NCBI GenBank assembly: GCA_963788655.1
Contig: CAWBHS010000100.1
Location: forward strand, 31,278-95,277
DNA length: 64,000 bases
Direction: 5' to 3'
Source of the DNA: an uncultured Verrucomicrobiae bacterium
GTDB lineage: Bacteria > Verrucomicrobiota > Verrucomicrobiia > Limisphaerales > JAFGQR01
Shown: one piece after another, positions 61,021 to 64,000 of the stretch
Position numbering within the stretch: the stretch's first letter is position 1
How the letters are laid out: each line of letters opens with the position of its first letter
Program-made: the position numbers and the translations under genes
Notes under the pieces: model-generated
What the model was told of the DNA's origin: nothing
Databases searched by the model: none
The model's input: the letters and a program-made list of their open reading frames with translations, nothing else

Positions 61021-61473
61021 ATGCGCCATCTGACCGTCATTCTTTGCTCGCTCGTTGCGGGGGTGCTGTTTCTCGCGGGGTGTTCTGACGGCGTTTCGGT
61101 TCGAGTCACCGATCAGAAGACGGGCCGACCCGTTTCGGGCGCTCTCGTTCATCGAGACCGACCAGCATCACGGTTCGATAAGATCACGAACCCTGTTGGC
61201 ACCACTTACCATCCGCTCACCACGGCAGATTCGCGCTGGACCGACACAAACGGCACATGCGTCCTCACAAAGTTGGAGCGGACAGACACTTTACGCATTT
61301 TCGTTGCGACTGCCGCGCCCCTGTCCCTGACCGTCGGAGACCGCGTGCTGTCGCTTTCGCCAGGCACGAACACGTTCACGTCCTTTGTCTATTCGGTGTG
61401 GCAGGAGGCAGGTTCACCGAAGATTTTGGTGGAGCAGCCATCTTGGGATTGGCAGAAAGAGAGACGACGATAA
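61021..61473 (+). CDS. Cassette 2: putative lipoprotein with a beta-sandwich (carboxypeptidase-regulatory-like) fold
   Basis: Lipobox LAGC; VRVTDQKTGRPVSGALV...TDTNG. Confidence 0.65.
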   Translation: MRHLTVILCSLVAGVLFLAGCSDGVSVRVTDQKTGRPVSGALVHRDRPASRFDKITNPVGTTYHPLTTADSRWTDTNGTCVLTKLERTDTLRIFVATAAPLSLTVGDRVLSLSPGTNTFTSFVYSVWQEAGSPKILVEQPSWDWQKERRR

Positions 61474-61477
61474 CGAG

Positions 61478-61603
61478 GGCTAACCAGATCACTGGAGCGA
61501 ACAGCCGCCCCGCTTCTCCGCTTGACGCTGAGGGGCAGTTCGGGTGCGCCTCGTGCGCTCCACCGTCACTGTCGGCGGCTGTCGCTCAGTTCGGTCGTTG
61601 GGC
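61478..61603 (+). other. attC site 2
   Basis: R'' GGCTAAC ... R' GTTGGGC; gagcgaacagccgcc / ggcggctgtcgctc. Confidence 0.85.
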
Positions 61604-61612
61604 GGAGTAATT

Positions 61613-61960
61613 GTGAGACGCATTCCGATAATCTTGATCGCCTTCCTGATAGGGATCGCTCTGGAGTTGATGCTACTGATGATTGGTGGCTTCGATCTTC
61701 GGATTGGAGGCGACGGCCCTGCGAGCCTTGTTTTGTTCATCACACATCTTCCAGCGATGTACCTTTGCAGCGCTCTTCCATTGAAGCTCCAGACAGACTT
61801 GGCCGTGATCATTGCAATGACATGCTTGCTCTCCATTGCGGCATTCATGATTATCAGTCTCCTGAGAATGCGACGATCAGAACCGCGACCGAAGGCCCAA
61901 CAAGTGCGATTGACCGAACAGCCCACCCGCCTGGCAGCGGACATTGATCATGAAAATTGA
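61613..61960 (+). CDS. Cassette 3: small hypothetical membrane protein (about 3 TM)
   Basis: GGAG then a GTG start; hydrophobic segments; the ORF runs into attC3. Confidence 0.6.
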   Translation: MRRIPIILIAFLIGIALELMLLMIGGFDLRIGGDGPASLVLFITHLPAMYLCSALPLKLQTDLAVIIAMTCLLSIAAFMIISLLRMRRSEPRPKAQQVRLTEQPTRLAADIDHEN

Positions 61961-62020
61961 GACTCACATTTGCAGTCGAGGCTGGCGCTTCCGGGGCTGT
62001 CGGTCATCTCGGCGTTCGGC
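61895..62020 (+). other. attC site 3
   Basis: R'' GCCCAAC ... R' GTTCGGC; tgaccgaacagccc / gggctgtcggtca. Confidence 0.8.
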
Positions 62021-62034
62021 AACATGAGGAAAGT

Positions 62035-62724
62035 ATGCGAGTTCTCACTTTATTTCTGATATTCGTTGGCCAAGCTGCATTAGCGAGCGATGCAAGTCTG
62101 GCCGTTGAGGATTTGAAGAACCACGTTGATGACCTGACGCTGGTTGTTATCGGACGCCCCGGCTTTTCACTTCCGAAGGTTGGAGACCGTCCTTGCTTTA
62201 CGAAGTTACATTCCGGCAAAGCCGCGTTCGGAACTCAAAATGATGCTTGGTTTGGAGGCGCGCCGTCCGCGTCCGATATAAAGATCACGCGCAAAGAAAT
62301 GCTGGCCGTTGTTCAAGCGTTTGAGGAAAAGTTGCTTCAACGATCTGTTCGCCGCATCATCGCACTCGACGAGCTTAAGAGATCGGCGCCAGGTTATCCA
62401 ACCCATGTGTTTGAAGGGGGTAAAGAAGGACTGACTGCGGGTGCTGTCGCGGTCGGCTATACCGCTGCGGACTCAAGAATTGTCTATTACCTGGTACGGT
62501 TCGACGATCGGGACGAGGCGATACAGATGCTGACGAAACTCCAAGGCGATGTGAATAAGTCTGAGTCGGCTGCTACCGTGATTGGGAATGTTATTTGGAG
62601 ACTCAAAGAAAGAAATGCCGAACCAGACGGCGCAGCGAACGTGAGCCAGCCGTTCAGCTCGCAAGAAAAAACGAACGTCATCGGCGGCTGGCTCCCGTCG
62701 CTGGCCTTTGCGTTAGGCGCATGA
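62035..62724 (+). CDS. Cassette 4: hypothetical secreted protein
   Basis: GAGG RBS; MRVLTLFLIFVGQAALA signal peptide; the ORF reads through attC4. Confidence 0.6.
   Translation: MRVLTLFLIFVGQAALASDASLAVEDLKNHVDDLTLVVIGRPGFSLPKVGDRPCFTKLHSGKAAFGTQNDAWFGGAPSASDIKITRKEMLAVVQAFEEKLLQRSVRRIIALDELKRSAPGYPTHVFEGGKEGLTAGAVAVGYTAADSRIVYYLVRFDDRDEAIQMLTKLQGDVNKSESAATVIGNVIWRLKERNAEPDGAANVSQPFSSQEKTNVIGGWLPSLAFALGA
62617..62718 (+). other. attC site 4
   Basis: R'' GCCGAAC ... R' GTTAGGC; cagcgaacgtgagccagccg / cggctggctcccgtcgctg. Confidence 0.85.
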
Positions 62725-63567
62725 CGCTGCACTTCACCGAGCCGCCGTCGAAGGAGGGAATTCCCGCGGACAGTGGAACGAACTCTGTCCCAAGCCCGAT
62801 GAGCGCCTTGAGTCGCATTGCCCTGATCGCGGCCCTGGGCCTGGCATTCGCAGCGACACTCGTTGCGTCCTGGCCGTTAACGGGCTGGCTCAAGCAGGTG
62901 ATCAAGATTCCCCGGAGCGGCTATGTTTCGTACAATGAGATTGTGGCAGAGATGCTGAGCAGAACGGCGCTAATCGTTGTCTGGTCATTGCCGTTGTTGG
63001 TCCTACCTCAGCTCCGTGACATCGGCTCGTTTCGGCTCCCACGCACTTGGACGCCTTTACTGTTGTTTCCCATTCTTGCTCTCAACATCTACTTCTTTGG
63101 CCGCTTTCCCGTTTCCATTCCCTTGCTGGCTCACTTTACCCTCGCTTGCGATGGAGTATTACCAGCGGTCGTCGAGGAGCTAGTGTTTCGCGGCTATGCT
63201 TTTCGGCGCTTTCCCAAAGCGCATCCGCGACTGGTGGTTCTCACCTCCTCGGCGTGTTTTACACTTGTCCATTTGGTGAATGTCGGCACCGGCTCTGTTG
63301 CCTCGGGTACTTGCCACTTTCCCATTTGTATTCGCTTGTGGCTTGAGCTTCGGAGTCATCCGCATGGCATCGGGCAGTCTCGCCTGGTGCATGCTTGCGC
63401 ATGGAGCCGTCAACGCCTCGTCAGCACTGGCAATGACAGGTGGCCCCCGCGAGCAGATGCTCCCCTTTGTCACGGCGATCGTCGGCATTGGAGCGGTGAC
63501 GACGTTCTTCTTACACCCGAAACTCCGAAGTCGCCCACTTACGCCTGACGCACCGAAATGCGCCTAA
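62721..63567 (+). CDS. Cassette 5: CPBP (CAAX/Abi-family) intramembrane metalloprotease; frameshift near 63310
   Basis: VVEELVFRGY, FTLVH, and CMLAHGAVN in the 63280-63567 frame; stop inside R'' of attC5. Alternative start at 62799. Confidence 0.75.
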
Positions 63568-63688
63568 CAAAACGGATGCACACGAACCGCCGCCCCGCCT
63601 CTCAGTTTCGATCCTCCGGATTCTTCGGACACTGGATTCGCAGCCAGCGTCCACTCCCGGCGGCGGTCGGTGATCCGTGTCGTTAGGC
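63562..63688 (+). other. attC site 5
   Basis: R'' GCCTAAC ... R' GTTAGGC; cggatgcacacgaaccgccg / cggcggtcggtgatccg. Confidence 0.88.
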
Positions 63689-63692
63689 GACT

Positions 63693-63980
63693 ATGGACGT
63701 CACACCACCAACTTGGTCGCTGAAGGCTGACAGATGCAGCTATTGCGAGGTTGGTGAGTTGGTCTTTTCGCAGTGTCCAGCCTGTGCTGTGGTTGTGTTT
63801 GTTTGCGGTGAGTGCGGCACTGTTTACGAGATTCAGGACGGCAGGAGAGGCAGAGAGGTTGGTGACACCAGTGGCGCGACACGTTGCCACGCTTGTTCAG
63901 TCCCGTATCAGCATGAGTTTCCGCCTGCCACAGCAGCAGTCATTCAGAGCCTTGGTTTTTCAGTTGGAGATTACAGATGA
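63693..63980 (+). CDS. Cassette 6: small Cys-rich zinc-ribbon protein
   Basis: Four CxxC pairs (CSYC, CPAC, CGEC, CHAC) in 95 aa. Confidence 0.7.
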   Translation: MDVTPPTWSLKADRCSYCEVGELVFSQCPACAVVVFVCGECGTVYEIQDGRRGREVGDTSGATRCHACSVPYQHEFPPATAAVIQSLGFSVGDYR

Positions 63981-63993
63981 GACACGATTTGTC

Positions 63994-64000
63994 GCCTAAC
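63994..64000 (+). other. Start (R'') of attC site 6, cut off by the window edge
   Basis: gtcgcctaac is complementary to gttaggcgac at 63682. Confidence 0.75.

Larger units (their letters stand above)
60160..64000. mobile_element. Integron: decayed intI, attI and a cassette array running off the window
   Basis: intI remnant on the minus strand, divergent array on the plus strand, five complete attC sites and the start of a sixth. Confidence 0.88.

Overview
GC-rich bacterial chromosomal DNA. Protein style and the repeat-dense intergenic spacers suggest Verrucomicrobiota (Pedosphaera/Limisphaera-like); this is an inference. About 17 otherwise intact genes are broken by single-base indels, often in homopolymers, so these are probably long-read assembly errors and I joined the genes across them. 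Left to right: a MazF/PemK toxin-antitoxin pair; secreted carbohydrate-type proteins, including a DUF2961 protein with an internal GspG-like domain and an adjacent dockerin/cohesin-like gene pair; a three-gene two-component cascade; an NDH-2 fused to cNMP and CBS domains; a six-gene divergent MglA/MglB/multi-roadblock GTPase module; uppP; an apparently chimeric remnant of a MoxR-vWA-beta-propeller (bpX) conflict system; tRNA-Lys(CTT); housekeeping genes (STAS protein, holA, DUF151, rfaE-like, gmd); two CPA2 antiporters; an HzsA-like diheme/FGE protein followed by a sugar isomerase-VOC-dhaK-dhaL-lsrF cluster; a BlaI/BlaR1(M56) pair with two operator palindromes; and a GH32. The right end is an integron with a truncated, stop-containing intI, a recognisable attI, and at least six cassettes delimited by attC sites. 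The first cassette carries an antisense ASCH-like gene. The strongest leads are the Mgl/roadblock module, with its unnamed triple-repeat scaffold, and the integron.
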